Assembly (NCBI GenBank): GCA_043228905.1 | Contig: JBHGNT010000027.1 | Span: forward strand, 310,001 to 374,000 | DNA length: 64,000 bases | Source of the DNA: Azolla caroliniana | Lineage: Eukaryota; Plantae; Polypodiophyta | Direction: 5' to 3' | In this document: positions 1 to 10,330 of the stretch, one piece after another | How positions within the stretch are numbered: position 1 is the first letter of the stretch | Layout: each line of letters starts with the position of its first letter | The notes under the pieces: generated by a model | Told to the model about the DNA's origin: nothing | The model's input: the letters and a program-made list of their open reading frames with translations, nothing else | Database searches by the model: none | Position numbers and translations under genes: made by a program

Positions 1-569
1 AGGAAGGACGGCTTAGCCCTCCTCGGTGGTGTCTCTCAGCTGATGCGAGAAAGGTTAGATTGACTCACTTGGTACGTACCTACTGCCTGAGTAAGGGCTA
101 CGTATCCCGAACAGAATACGTCAGTATGTGTGTGGCGGAGTAATCCAGGGCCCAGTTTGGGCGAAAGCCTTGACTTCCACATGAAGCGGTCAAGGTTGCC
201 GGACAGCCAGCCACAAGTAATTCCAGCATAGGAACTGACTTAAACAATCGAGCAGGTGCGCAAAGACCTGTAACCATTGGGTGCTCTGACGGGGCGAAGC
301 AGGGAAGTGCGTAGCGCTTACTCCGTCCTCGAAAGGCAAAGACACGAAAAGAGAGCAACCACGGGAAGTAACCGCTTCGCATTGTCTAGTAAACGATGCG
401 CGGTCTCAGAGGTCGCATAGTAGCGAGGGAGGAATGCCAGAAACCTGGCCGAGCCGCGAAGGCAACTAGTCAGAACAAACCTTAGTTCAACGCGGCCAGT
501 ACGTATGCGGCCGGCCGGCGTTGAGAATAAGGAACAATTCTTCGAAACGGAAGGGACGGCAATACTCTC

Positions 570-606
<37 letters not shown>

Positions 607-684
607 TTAAGGTGTTCCGAGTGAGAGCTGTATGACAAAAGATTGCCACGTACGGTTTGGAGGGCAGCATTGACTGACCCCTAT
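1..684 (+). other. group II intron nad1i258g2, 3' part
   Basis: Domain V (GAGCTGTATGAC...CACGTACGGTTT) at about 625-658 and CCCTAT end. The next exon is 136 nt, equal to nad1 positions 259-394. Confidence 0.85.
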
Positions 685-820
685 TTAAGTTTGGTTGCTC
701 GGGCTGTTACACTTTCTGATTATGGTATGGTATTGTCGGATCCAAATGTAGGTACATTCTATCTATTTGCTATATCTTCTCCAGGGGTTTATGGGATTAT
801 TACAGTGGGTCGGTCTAGTA
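685..820 (+). CDS. nad1: NADH dehydrogenase subunit 1, exon 2 (exon 1 is upstream of the window)
   Basis: Reads [45 protein letters not shown], which matches nad1 after editing. Confidence 0.93.
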
Positions 821-2336
821 GGGCGGCCGTTCAGTCACCTGTGGTACTAAAGCAGCCAGCCCGGCCCGCCCATGTGGTCAAATTGTTTGTAGTGTGGAAT
901 GATCTGCTCTATACAGGGTGTAGGGCTCTTCGACAGAACTAGTAATAGGCTTGACTCGCGATTTGAAGGGTAGGGGGGGTTCTTGTGTAGGAGGCTAAAA
1001 GGGGATAGGGATACGTTCAAAGAAGTTCAGGAAGAAAGGAAGAGCATGCCGTAAAAGCATGGTTGAAGGTCGATCCTGTCTTCCCAGGGAGTACCTAACA
1101 ACACCATGTGGAAGAACCAACCTTGTGGATCAGGATGAGGTGCCGTCCTAGCGAATTGAAGTCTCCTTGGGTAGCCAACGACCTACAGTTATCCTTGTAC
1201 CTCTGTGCCGAGCGAACGACTGTACGCTGTCTTGTTTTCTGCCAGCTGGGATTGCTTGCCGGCCAGATCGGATTGGAGCAACCATTGCATGAAGGCACAT
1301 TACCCATCCTCTTGGGGACAAGAGACTGAACGACATCCCGATTTACTGCATTCCAGGACATCTGGGATGAGAGCCGTAGGTGATACCGGCGAAACCCAGC
1401 CAGATTTTGTTCTGGCAGGTAGTCAGAGGACTCATAGTACCCGCCCCGAAAGGGGCCCCTCACGCACGCACGGGGAAGACGCTAGTTTTCAGGGAAGAGG
1501 AAAGTCTTTATTTCTTTTTCCACGTTGTTTTCTTCTAGCAGCAGGAAAGGAGTCTGGATGTCTGCCTAGCTTCGGCAGATTCTACTCAACGCAATCTGCA
1601 AACTCGAATCCCCGAAACCTGACTCAATGCGGAATAGAATTGATCGTCGTTTGGTGGATCTCCAGCAAGCAGTTTTAACTAAAAGAACAGGACATACCAC
1701 AAAATTCAGAGAGAGAACACGAAGCGATCGATCTGCTTACCGAGGGCTAAGGCTAGACCGCAGGACCTGGATTTATGACGTCCGGCCCGCTCCTCTCGAG
1801 TCCTGCCTGCTGGGAACGAACCACGAGGACGACCGCCAAGAACGGGCGTACTCGAGGGGGGCCAGAACCAAGCCCAAACGGGACGGAAGGGTACGGAGCG
1901 AGGTATTATAAAGCATTGCTTTATGGCGGCCGAAGAAAAGAAAAGAAAAGAAAAGAAGCGGTTTTCATCATCATGCATGAAGGCGCGCGCGCGCGCCGGT
2001 TCATCATGAAGGCGCTGAGTCAGAATTTTCCACTCCGCTAAACTAAAGAGGACGACAGAGAAGCAGGAGACGACGAACCCCTGCAACTACGTCGGACCTC
2101 TCGGAGTGAAAAAGAAAGCCAGATGGTGGTAGACTATCACGTACGGCTTTGCCCTCCCCGCCAACCACGTGTCAATGTGCCTCTACGGAAGGAACATCGA
2201 CGGGCGGGTTTCCCGGGCGATCTAAAGCAAGTTGTTGGGGTAGAGAGCCGTATGCGCGGCGACGTGCTCGTATGGTTCGGAGAGGACTCAGCGTACACTG
2301 ATCCTGTTGATTGGTGGAAAAGCAGCTTCACTCCTT
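821..2336 (+). other. group II intron nad1i394g2, cis-arranged
   Basis: GGGCGG start, domain V GAGCCGTATGCG...TATGGTTC at about 2245-2278, and exon-length arithmetic. Confidence 0.88.
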
Positions 2337-2670
2337 ATTCCAAATATGCTTTTTCAGGAGTATCATGATTTGCCGTCTAAATGGTTTTGTACGAAGTATC
2401 TATTGGTCCTATTATCATTACTGCACTAATTTGTGTAGGTTTTTGTAATTTTAGTGAGATTGTCATAGCGTAAGAGCAGATATGGTTTCGCATTCTCTTG
2501 TTCTCCGTATTGATTCTGTTTTCTATCTTTCGCTCAGTAGAAACTAATCGAGCTCCGTCTGATCTACTAGAAGTAGAAGTTGAATCAGTCGTGGGCTATA
2601 ATGCGGAATATCTTTTAATGGGATTTGCTCCCTCTCTTTCGGGAGAATATGCTAATACGATCTTAATGAG
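2337..2670 (+). CDS. nad1: NADH dehydrogenase subunit 1, exon 3 (introns i477 and i669 absent)
   Basis: SKYAF...ETNRAP(F)DL...GEYAN(M)ILMS, 334 nt. Internal TGA/TAA codons need U-to-C editing. Confidence 0.93.
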
Positions 2671-4128
2671 GTGCGGAGCCTTGCATCCGACATTCGTTGG
2701 GCTTCCGCTCCCTGCAGGAGCCAGCGTCCCCTCAAGGGCTTTGTGCAGTAAACTCCTCCGGGCGACGATCTGAAGACTAGTAGGTCCCGCGAAGCTTTCG
2801 AAGAGGGGTAGCCTGGTGTGTAAGCACAGCAATGAACCGCGAACCCGTCGGACGACCTATCTAAGATTAGGAGGATATCTCAGGTGGTTATCCCGCAACT
2901 CTTCCCCAGACCTATACTATCGAATGCTCATATGGGAAAGTGCGCTCTTAGGTCTGGAACCAGGGAGGGTTGCTCCGAGAAATCCCTTCTCGTTTCCTCC
3001 AGGGGGTGCGGACACACTTGCACGGATTACAGGTGACGGCTACAAAGATGGCGGGGAAGGAAACAGTACCCGACATCCAGGGATGAATGTAAACTCATTG
3101 GACAGGGGTAATCATTCTGGTCCTGGGAGAGAAGACTCACCAACAACAGTGGTAGACACTAGTCTGAAAGGCTAGCAAAACAGAATCACCGAGACAACGG
3201 CAGCCCCATGTACTCCTGTTGCGGACGAGAGACTGCTTGCTTGCTTGCTTGCTACTGGCGTCCCATGAGCAAATTGAGTCTGAACCAGGCGACTTAACCC
3301 CCAGCGAAGAGGGATTTCTGCTGAAAACTTGTTCGTTACGTTACGTTAAAGGGGATCTTTTTGGAATGGTCGGAGAAAGACTCGCTGCGCCTCTTGTCAG
3401 GCGCCTTGCTCGAGCCCGCGGGAGAAGTGATGGTACTGTTTATTTCCAAAAATTCGTTCTCGGAGTCAGAAGGTAAAGCACCGTATCTCACAGCTCCCTA
3501 CTAACGCTCCGCTATCAATTCCAAGTTAGAGGAGGGAGGAGTACCCTGGTCTGGTAGCCAACCCACTTTAATGCTATCGCATTCTCTCTGCTGGGTTAAA
3601 ACCTAAAGAAAGTGTGCTTATCAGCAGCAAGCACAAACCCGGTTGGTTGTTTTCAGCTGCCCTTTCTGTAGGTTGAGTGGCTTCAATCTCTCCCCCCGGC
3701 AGGCAGGCAGGCAGGCAGGCAGGAACTTTCTCGCTCGGCCTTTGACCACCTACCTCTCATTGTTCTCCTGGGGACTCACTCACTTTAGAGATTTTTCTCC
3801 GTCTATGCGGGCTCTAAGCCGATGAACCGGTTCATCATGAAGGCCTTCATGATGAAAAAGGGGTTGGCGGGTTTGATGAACCGCCTTGTAGGCCAGCCTG
3901 AACTGTAAGTCGATCCCACTCTGCTGCTGCTGTGCCAACCACCACCGAGACATCCATGCGAGAGAGAGATCGGATTCGAAGACCTAAACGTTGCATTGGT
4001 TGGAGAAGAGGAAACTCAATATTCCCGGGACGGAGCCGTATGACGCGAGAGTGTCACGTACGGTTCTTTGAGAAGGGTGTGGATACACCTATTGGGCTAA
4101 GGGCCACAGAGCCGCGCCCTCACTCTCC
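2671..4128 (+). other. group II intron nad1i728g2, cis, about 1.46 kb, no matR ORF
   Basis: GTGCGG start and domain V GAGCCGTATGACGCGAGAGTGTCACGTACGGTTC at about 4033-4066. Confidence 0.88.
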
Positions 4129-4387
4129 TAGTCTATGTACACCGCCTTTCCCGGGAGGTTGGCCATCCATTTTAGATCTTCCTAGTTTCCAGGGAATTCC
4201 GGGCTCAATCTGGTTTGGCACAAAGGTTATTTTCTTTCCGTTCGTATATATATGGGTTTGCGCAGCATTTCTATGACATTGTTATGATTAACCAATGAGA
4301 CTTGGACGGAAAGTCTTCCCGCCTTTATCATTAGCTCGGGTAGTTTCTGTATTCGGCGTTCCAGTAGCCTTTGACTGGCTACCTCAA
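4129..4387 (+). CDS. nad1: NADH dehydrogenase subunit 1, last exon; stop inferred from CAA to UAA (TGA follows directly)
   Basis: LCT..F.GGW..ILDLP...IPGSIWF...AAF..DWLP. Spliced total is 987 nt. Confidence 0.92.
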
Positions 4388-4849
4388 TGAATTGAGCATA
4401 CTGTGATGTTGAACGTCATAATTAATGGGGTTCTGGTCGGAAGAAAACGGCGTCCAGACCCCTCTCACGCACGCCCGCCGATGGAAATTTCGTAAACAGA
4501 ATGCCGCCTTGCGATCGTCCGATCGATGCTTCTTCGAGGGTGAGAGCACCGACCGGGAAAATAAAAGGAGGAAAGAACCGATACCCCAGCTACTACGGCG
4601 CGCGCCTCCCAGATCACAACAATATCTTCTTCTTTTGCTAGGCTTACGGCAGACGCCCTCGGCATAATCGCAATGGACGGCCCTAGGTACGGTAGTGGCG
4701 AGTCCAGGTTGCTTGACCTAAACGATTTACCGCCAACCGAAAGGTAATCGTTCGGTTATGTCAAGGGGTGAGTGCTGTGTCAAGCGGGCGGATGCATGAT
4801 GAACGCTTTTCGGGGCCGCACGCAGAAGGAAAAACACAGATTGCGAAAT

Positions 4850-5230
4850 ACGCCTACCATAAATTAATTGCTTCGTCATTGTAGAAGGGCAAAACGTCAC
4901 AAAACATGTACTTGAGCTTCGAATTAATGTCTCTAAAAGTTTGGGGTACGCCCGCGTGTTTCGACAAGAACACTAAAAAAACCTAATCTGGCTTTATGCA
5001 AGATAGCCAAGGCACGTTCAAGCAATTGAAGGAATATCATTGCTCACATCTTTGGCGAGGGTTATAATTCATAGGAGCATCCTGCGGTTACGGCTAGAGG
5101 AGGTAGAGTGAAAGATTCGTTAGGTGTGAATTATCATCGTATTCGAGGAGTTAAAGATTCGTAGGGAATCCCGGATTGAAGATGAGGCAGACTAAAACAT
5201 GGTACAGAGAAACCTAAGAATTCGATACGA
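4850..5230 (+). CDS. rps12: ribosomal protein S12 (ACG start and CGA stop made by editing; 9 internal stops removed by U-to-C)
   Basis: (M)PTIN(Q)LLRH...RVSTRT.KKPN.AL.KIAK...RGGRVKD..GV...IRGVKD..GIPD. No frameshifts. Confidence 0.93.
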
Positions 5231-5919
5231 ATAAAAAGGTCAAATCAGGGAATGGTTGCTTTTCTCGCTCATCGCCTTCAGACCGGTTTAATTTTTCGGG
5301 AAGACTTTCAGAATGACCGGCGGAAACTTTTGGAACGGAAAGCCATCCGCTTCGATCCCATTGCAAATATTTCTGCGCCCATCTAGCAGGGCTTTTGTCA
5401 CCCAGACCCAAGGGAGGCCGTGAAGGAAGCACATACAGCTGCTCGGAGAGATTAAGCTACATCTGGGGAGTGGATAATAAACAAAAAAGATTAATCAAGA
5501 AATTAGTCCACTTTTGTATGATTGATGGTAAAAGAACAAAATCTCGTGTTATTGTTTCCTAAACTTCTTCTCGTCTTTCCTGAACTGAACCCGATGTTCA
5601 TGTTATCACACTCCTGGCTAACGCCATAGAGAATGTCAAGCCTACTCGCGAAATCAAGAAAGTGAGAATCGCAGGGACTACTCGTAATGTACTCAAGATT
5701 ATTGCCAAAGAACGTTAAGAAACCTTAGCTTTTCGTCGGATCATGGAAGCAGCTGTCAAATGACGTACTATGAGCAGAAATAGCCAGAGCTTGGATTAAT
5801 GTTCATCTGCTGAGATACCGGATGCTTATCAAAGAAAGGGAAATGTTCGTAAAAGAAGGGATGATCTTCATAAACCGGCAGAGGCCAATAGAAGTTTCGC
5901 GCATTATAGGTGGCGGTGA
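5227..5919 (+). CDS. rps7: ribosomal protein S7, long form of 230 aa, ACG start overlapping the rps12 stop
   Basis: [22 protein letters not shown]...NRSFAHYRW(W)*. In frame with ACG at 5227, and rps12-rps7 synteny is conserved. Confidence 0.9.
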
Positions 5920-7319
5920 ACCATTGAAAACATGTAATGAGCTGGGGTCAAGAGCTGTTAGACACTTTAGCAGCACACACCCTACATCGCAGAATCGAGT
6001 AATTGGTAATCCATCGTTCGAATGCTTAATGATTCTAATATTGACAATGAGACCTGCCAAAAAAAAAGAAAGCGAGAATTCGATTCTGGTGTGAATTTGG
6101 TGCTACGTGAATTTAATGAAGAAAGTTCGCACTCCCTTCCCTACTGATAATTGGGGGCATCTGAGCCCGCCCCTCGGACATGGGGGCACAAAAGCAGCAC
6201 AAAAAGCACTATACCCTCCCTGTCTAACTTGTTAAAAAACAACGGAGTAAGTCTTTGCCGGCATTGTTAAGTCATTGGAAAAAGACACCTAACAACAATG
6301 AAGATTCGTTTCCAGAGAGTTTATTCACCGTTGCTCCTGGAGAATACTCTGCAAACAACAAACCGTGCGTGCCCTTTCAAGGTTAATCTCAACGATGAAG
6401 CGGCTAGCTCGACTCCATCGATCCTGTGTACAATGTCTCAGATTACAGGCCTTCGCTGTGGCGGAACTTGATGACCTGGACTGCGAAGAGCCCTATAGTG
6501 ACGGCGATAGCGAAGCAGAGGTTGAAGAATTTCTTTTGCCTGCTTCTAACTTTATTATCAAGAATAATGTTCTGGCGGTCAGCGTTAGATAAATCTCATA
6601 AGAAATATATTCAAATAGGAATTTGTACGTTCAAACCGTGCGTGTGCCAATTGCTCGAAGAAGCAAAGGTTAAGCTTGAAGCCGAAGAAAAGAGAGGTAA
6701 GGAAAGATTAATGATAAGCGATGGATTGGGCCAAACAAATTCGGCGGATTTCTTGAGAAGGAAGGAATACTTGCAAAAAATGATCGAACAATTTGTTGAC
6801 GAGAGATCAATCTATAATAACTCGCTGGACCTTTTTGATTGATAAGCTGACCAACAAAAGGCAAACCAACATGCAGGATAGGTTTATTGCGCACTTCAAG
6901 AAAGATAAAGAACTAATAGACATTTTAACGTCCTTCGATGTATATACGATTGAAATACTTACGATATTTTAGAATCTTTATTGTTAGATTGTTTATTAAT
7001 AGGGATTGCCTCTTTTCCAGAGTCTAAATTATTATTATTAAAATCTTTACCGTCAGATTGTTTATCAACAGAGATTGACCCAGACTCAGATTTTCTTGAG
7101 TCTGAATTAATCGAAAAACAAAATAGCCACGGCCTTTACCATTAAACTTACATTATAACACTTTTTTTTCAATTTCAATATCTCATTTTCTAATGCTATT
7201 GTATGACAGCAGAAAAATTGCGGTATAAATGAAAATATTATTAATACAAAGAAAACCTTGTTTTCTTCTTTGATCAAACAAACTCATATCTTTAAATAAT
7301 AAACGAATTCTAGTTTGAA

Positions 7320-7520
7320 TAGAATCTAAAGCTACTTTTGCTTTCATTCACCAAAAGCAGCTGCTTTGGTTGCGTTGGTTGTTAACCATTTTAAGAGAGT
7401 GTATAAGGACCTACCACTCTATACGGCGGTGTACGATTGCTTCATATCAAACTACAAAGTATCTTCACTATTACCAGATCTATATAAATCAACCCTGTTC
7501 GGGTCTTTAGGTTGTCCGAT
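7320..7520 (+). pseudogene. degenerate fragment of a linear-plasmid phage-type RNA polymerase C-terminus
   Basis: Frameshifted KATFAFIHQK...LPLYTAVYDCFISN resembles the NFIHQKDA and YTVHDxF motifs of T7-type plasmid RNA polymerases. Confidence 0.55.
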
Positions 7521-7898
7521 GGCAACCAAAGCGTCTTTCTATTGTTCCCCGAACCATTCGAACTCTTTTACCAGATTCTTGGCAGTCCCTTTCCCAAAGA
7601 AAGTTGGGAAGTGCAGTCTCTGCAGGCAGGCAGTTAGCCCCTCGGGTCGTTCAGTCTCGAAGGTATGGTTCGGGCTTCGTTCGTTTCTTGTGACCAGATT
7701 CATTGGTTCGAGGCTACGTACGTTGGATCGGGTTCGGGCCCTAAAATATGTGATTGGGTAATTACGATGGCTCGTATACACGTTCGAGGATCACTCTCCA
7801 GGCGACGGAGGACTGCTTAGTGATTGAAGGGAGAGAAGAAACCCATTTGATTTCTCACTAGAGGCCTAATGATTGCATAACTCTGAGGTTCCAACTGC

Positions 7899-7984
7899 TA
7901 CGGATAGAGGGATTTGAACCCCCACGACTGAGTAAGGTCACCAGAACCTAAACCTGGCATGTCTACCAATTCCATCATATCCGC
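7899..7984 (-). tRNA. trnL: tRNA-Leu(UAG)
   Basis: GCGGATATGATGGAATTGGTAGAC...CCAGG-TTTAGGT-TCTGG, long variable arm, TTCAAATCC. Confidence 0.93.
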
Positions 7985-8111
7985 ACATCGATTCTTATTT
8001 CGAAACCACCCTTTTTCACTGCTAACTGGATAGAGCTAAGAACGCCAATGGCTCGGATGGCGTAGCAATTAGAGGAAACTGAAACACCACCCCGTATTTT
8101 TCGATTCTCCC

Positions 8112-8143
<32 letters not shown>

Positions 8144-8289
8144 ACGCGCGACTTGCTCAATGGAGCCCGCTTACGACGATCCCTTTTAACCTCTCAGGCT
8201 CTTATAGAAGGCTTATAGAATGCCTATATGCTTTCCAAATCAAGTTAGGGTGATGGGAAAGTGGGAATGCTAACTTATGACCATACTCA

Positions 8290-8376
8290 CGGATGGAGAG
8301 GGATTCGAACCCCCGGTATCTCTCCGAATACTTCGGTTTTCAAGACCGACTCTTTAAACCGCTCAGACATCCATCC
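8290..8376 (-). tRNA. trnS: tRNA-Ser(UGA)
   Basis: GGATGGATGTCTGAGCGG...TCGGT-CTTGAAA-ACCGA...TTCGAATCC. Confidence 0.95.
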
Positions 8377-8594
8377 CTTTCCCGACAAGATCACGAGCCA
8401 TCAATAATCAACGGGAAAGCGTGCCAAGCTTTCAGGTCTTTGTAAATCGCACGCAACGCCTTCAGAAAACAAATAGGTTGTACCGCAGGGCCTCCTCTTT
8501 GGCCCCTCCGACCAGAAAGGTTAAGCGTGGTAATTGATCATTCTATTTTAGATTGATAGGAACTAAGGCGTCCTAATAACCAAGTTTACAACCA

Positions 8595-8667
8595 TGGGCA
8601 ATAACGGACTCGAACCGCTGACTCCCTCGGTGTAAACGAGGCGCTCTACCAACTGAGCTAATTACCC
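8595..8667 (-). tRNA. trnV: tRNA-Val(UAC)
   Basis: GGGTAATTAGCTCAGTTGGTAGAGC...CCTCG-TTTACAC-CGAGG...TTCGAGTCC. Confidence 0.95.
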
Positions 8668-8743
8668 GGAGTGCCGGCGATACTTCGGAGTCTCGCCGGC
8701 TCTGTTTTCTGTAGGTCACATAGAAATTTATCCATTCTTTCTA

Positions 8744-9401
8744 CGGCCACGTCAATCCGCTTCTTTTCTTGTTGGGCCGCGCCGCAATTGTCTAGCTTCT
8801 GCTACCAACTCCCCCATCGGGCCGTCTGACTTTACCGTAGCCGATAAGTAGCGTTAATCGTCTTCATCGCGCTGATGAAGCAGCGGGTTCATCCACCACC
8901 TTGGTTCTTCCCCGCAAGCAACTTCCGCCGTATTATCCATAGCTGTTCATCAAGAAGGCCTAGAGTTAGTTTTCCGATAAGATTCAAGCTACAATTTCAA
9001 ACAGCACCTTTTCTTCATGAAGCGCAAGAAAACTGCACTGCGGAAGAAGAAGAAGCGGTAAAAAGTGTAATATAAATGGCTACCAAAGTTCTTCTTTTGA
9101 ACTTTCAAGAAGGCCTGAATATTCATGGATTATTATACGATAATCTTTAATGCGGCTCAGATTGCGGAAAGAATTGAATGCTGGAATTTCGAAATTCCGT
9201 TGGTAAAATTCAGAAGGATCATGCAAGAAGGCAATATCATCTTCTGGCCATAATCTGCGAATCCAGCAAAGCAAAGCAAAGCAGCACTTTTCTTTTCACT
9301 TTAAACCGAGCCGGCGGCAATCTTGATGAATCACTGGCAAGAAGATGCTTTGCACTTTTCTTTCCACTTTAAAGCAGCAATCTTTTCACTCGGAAATGGC
9401 A
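8744..9401. repeat. about 660-bp repeat, inverted relative to the rrn18 upstream copies at 27049-27711 and 39233-39895
   Basis: Near-identical sequence. The same spurious ORFs recur on opposite strands in the ORF track. Confidence 0.93.
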
Positions 9402-9421
9402 AAAGAGCTTGGAAGAAGAAT

Positions 9422-9492
9422 AGGCTAGGGACGGAGTCGAACCGTCATTCCAGGATTTGCAGTCCAATACATTGCCATTATGTTACCCAGCC
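9422..9492 (-). tRNA. trnC: tRNA-Cys(GCA)
   Basis: GGCTGGGTAACATAATGGCAATGTATTGGACTGCAAATCC...GGTTCGACTCC. Confidence 0.93.
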
Positions 9493-9499
9493 AGCAGAA

Positions 9500-9574
9500 C
9501 GTTTTTCCCGCTTAAATGAAGAGAGGCGGGACTCTCATTTAAGGGGGGTGACCTTAGGCCACCCTTTGAAATAA
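9500..9574. repeat. 75-bp double-hairpin direct repeat, second copy at 10786-10860
   Basis: Identical copies containing TTAAATGA..TCATTTAA and GGGTG..CACCC stems. Confidence 0.9.
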
Positions 9575-9698
9575 TCTAAAGCCTTACAATCAATTTCTGC
9601 GATGCCATAAAATGTGAACCAACGACAACGATTTTGGGCAAAATAAGAATTAGTGATTGAAAAAGACCCGCAGCTTGCTTGTGAAGCCGACCAGCGTA

Positions 9699-9884
9699 CT
9701 GCCAACACGACTTGTTTATGCCTATTAAAGAACCTTTTAATGCTAATTCACAGAAAACTATACGAAGCATACAAAATAACTAATATACGAAACGGAAGCG
9801 ACCGATGGAAATACGTCAGTTTCTTACTCATGTAAATAAACTATTTCTTAACAACGGCGACGACTTTTCCGGAGTCTTATTTCG
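9699..9884 (-). CDS. rps14: ribosomal protein S14, exon 2 only (codons 39 to stop; CAG to UAG stop)
   Basis: RNS.FT(R)VRN(R)(C)IS.GR.R.VY...RIVF.ELA.KGSLIGINKSCW, preceded by group II domains V and VI. Confidence 0.85.
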
Positions 9885-10230
9885 GTTTTGGTCGGCCAAT
9901 CAGGTTAGGAGTTCCCTGCCTGACCGCCAATTCAGAACCGCTCGTGACAGTTTCCCGTCATACGGCTCCCCGCATCCCATCAGGTGAGGGTTCCGGAATA
10001 CGAGCTCCCCTGCCCTCTTTTGATCGTGACGATGCCCATGCAGCCAGCAACTGCCGCAAATTGGCAGCTCATGCCTCCCGGACGACGACGTAGATGCGAT
10101 CCATCTGTGATGTCCACAGGCGGCCGGCCGGCGGAAAGAACACCTACGCCGTGGTTGGAGTTCTACTTCCTTGTCGTCGCTTTAGCCCTATCGGCTAGCT
10201 AGGGCCATTGCTCAGTTTGTTTCCTCACGC

Positions 10231-10263
<33 letters not shown>

Positions 10264-10330
10264 ATAACTCCTAGACTCAAGTGAAAAACCGACCATCAGC
10301 GTATCTGATGAGAGAGGATTGAAACCTCGT
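9885..10330 (-). other. group II intron rps14i114g2, 3' part (5' boundary not found; 10330 is approximate)
   Basis: Domain V GAGCCGTATGACGGGAAACTGTCACGAGCGGTTC and an AAAC end directly before exon 2. Confidence 0.7.

Noticed and set aside
1366-1445. GAGCCGTAGG...: a second domain V suggesting a twintron in nad1i394g2
   Set aside because: It lacks the domain V 3' strand and resembles the domain I segment (GAGGGCTCATAGTACC) seen in nad7i209g2.
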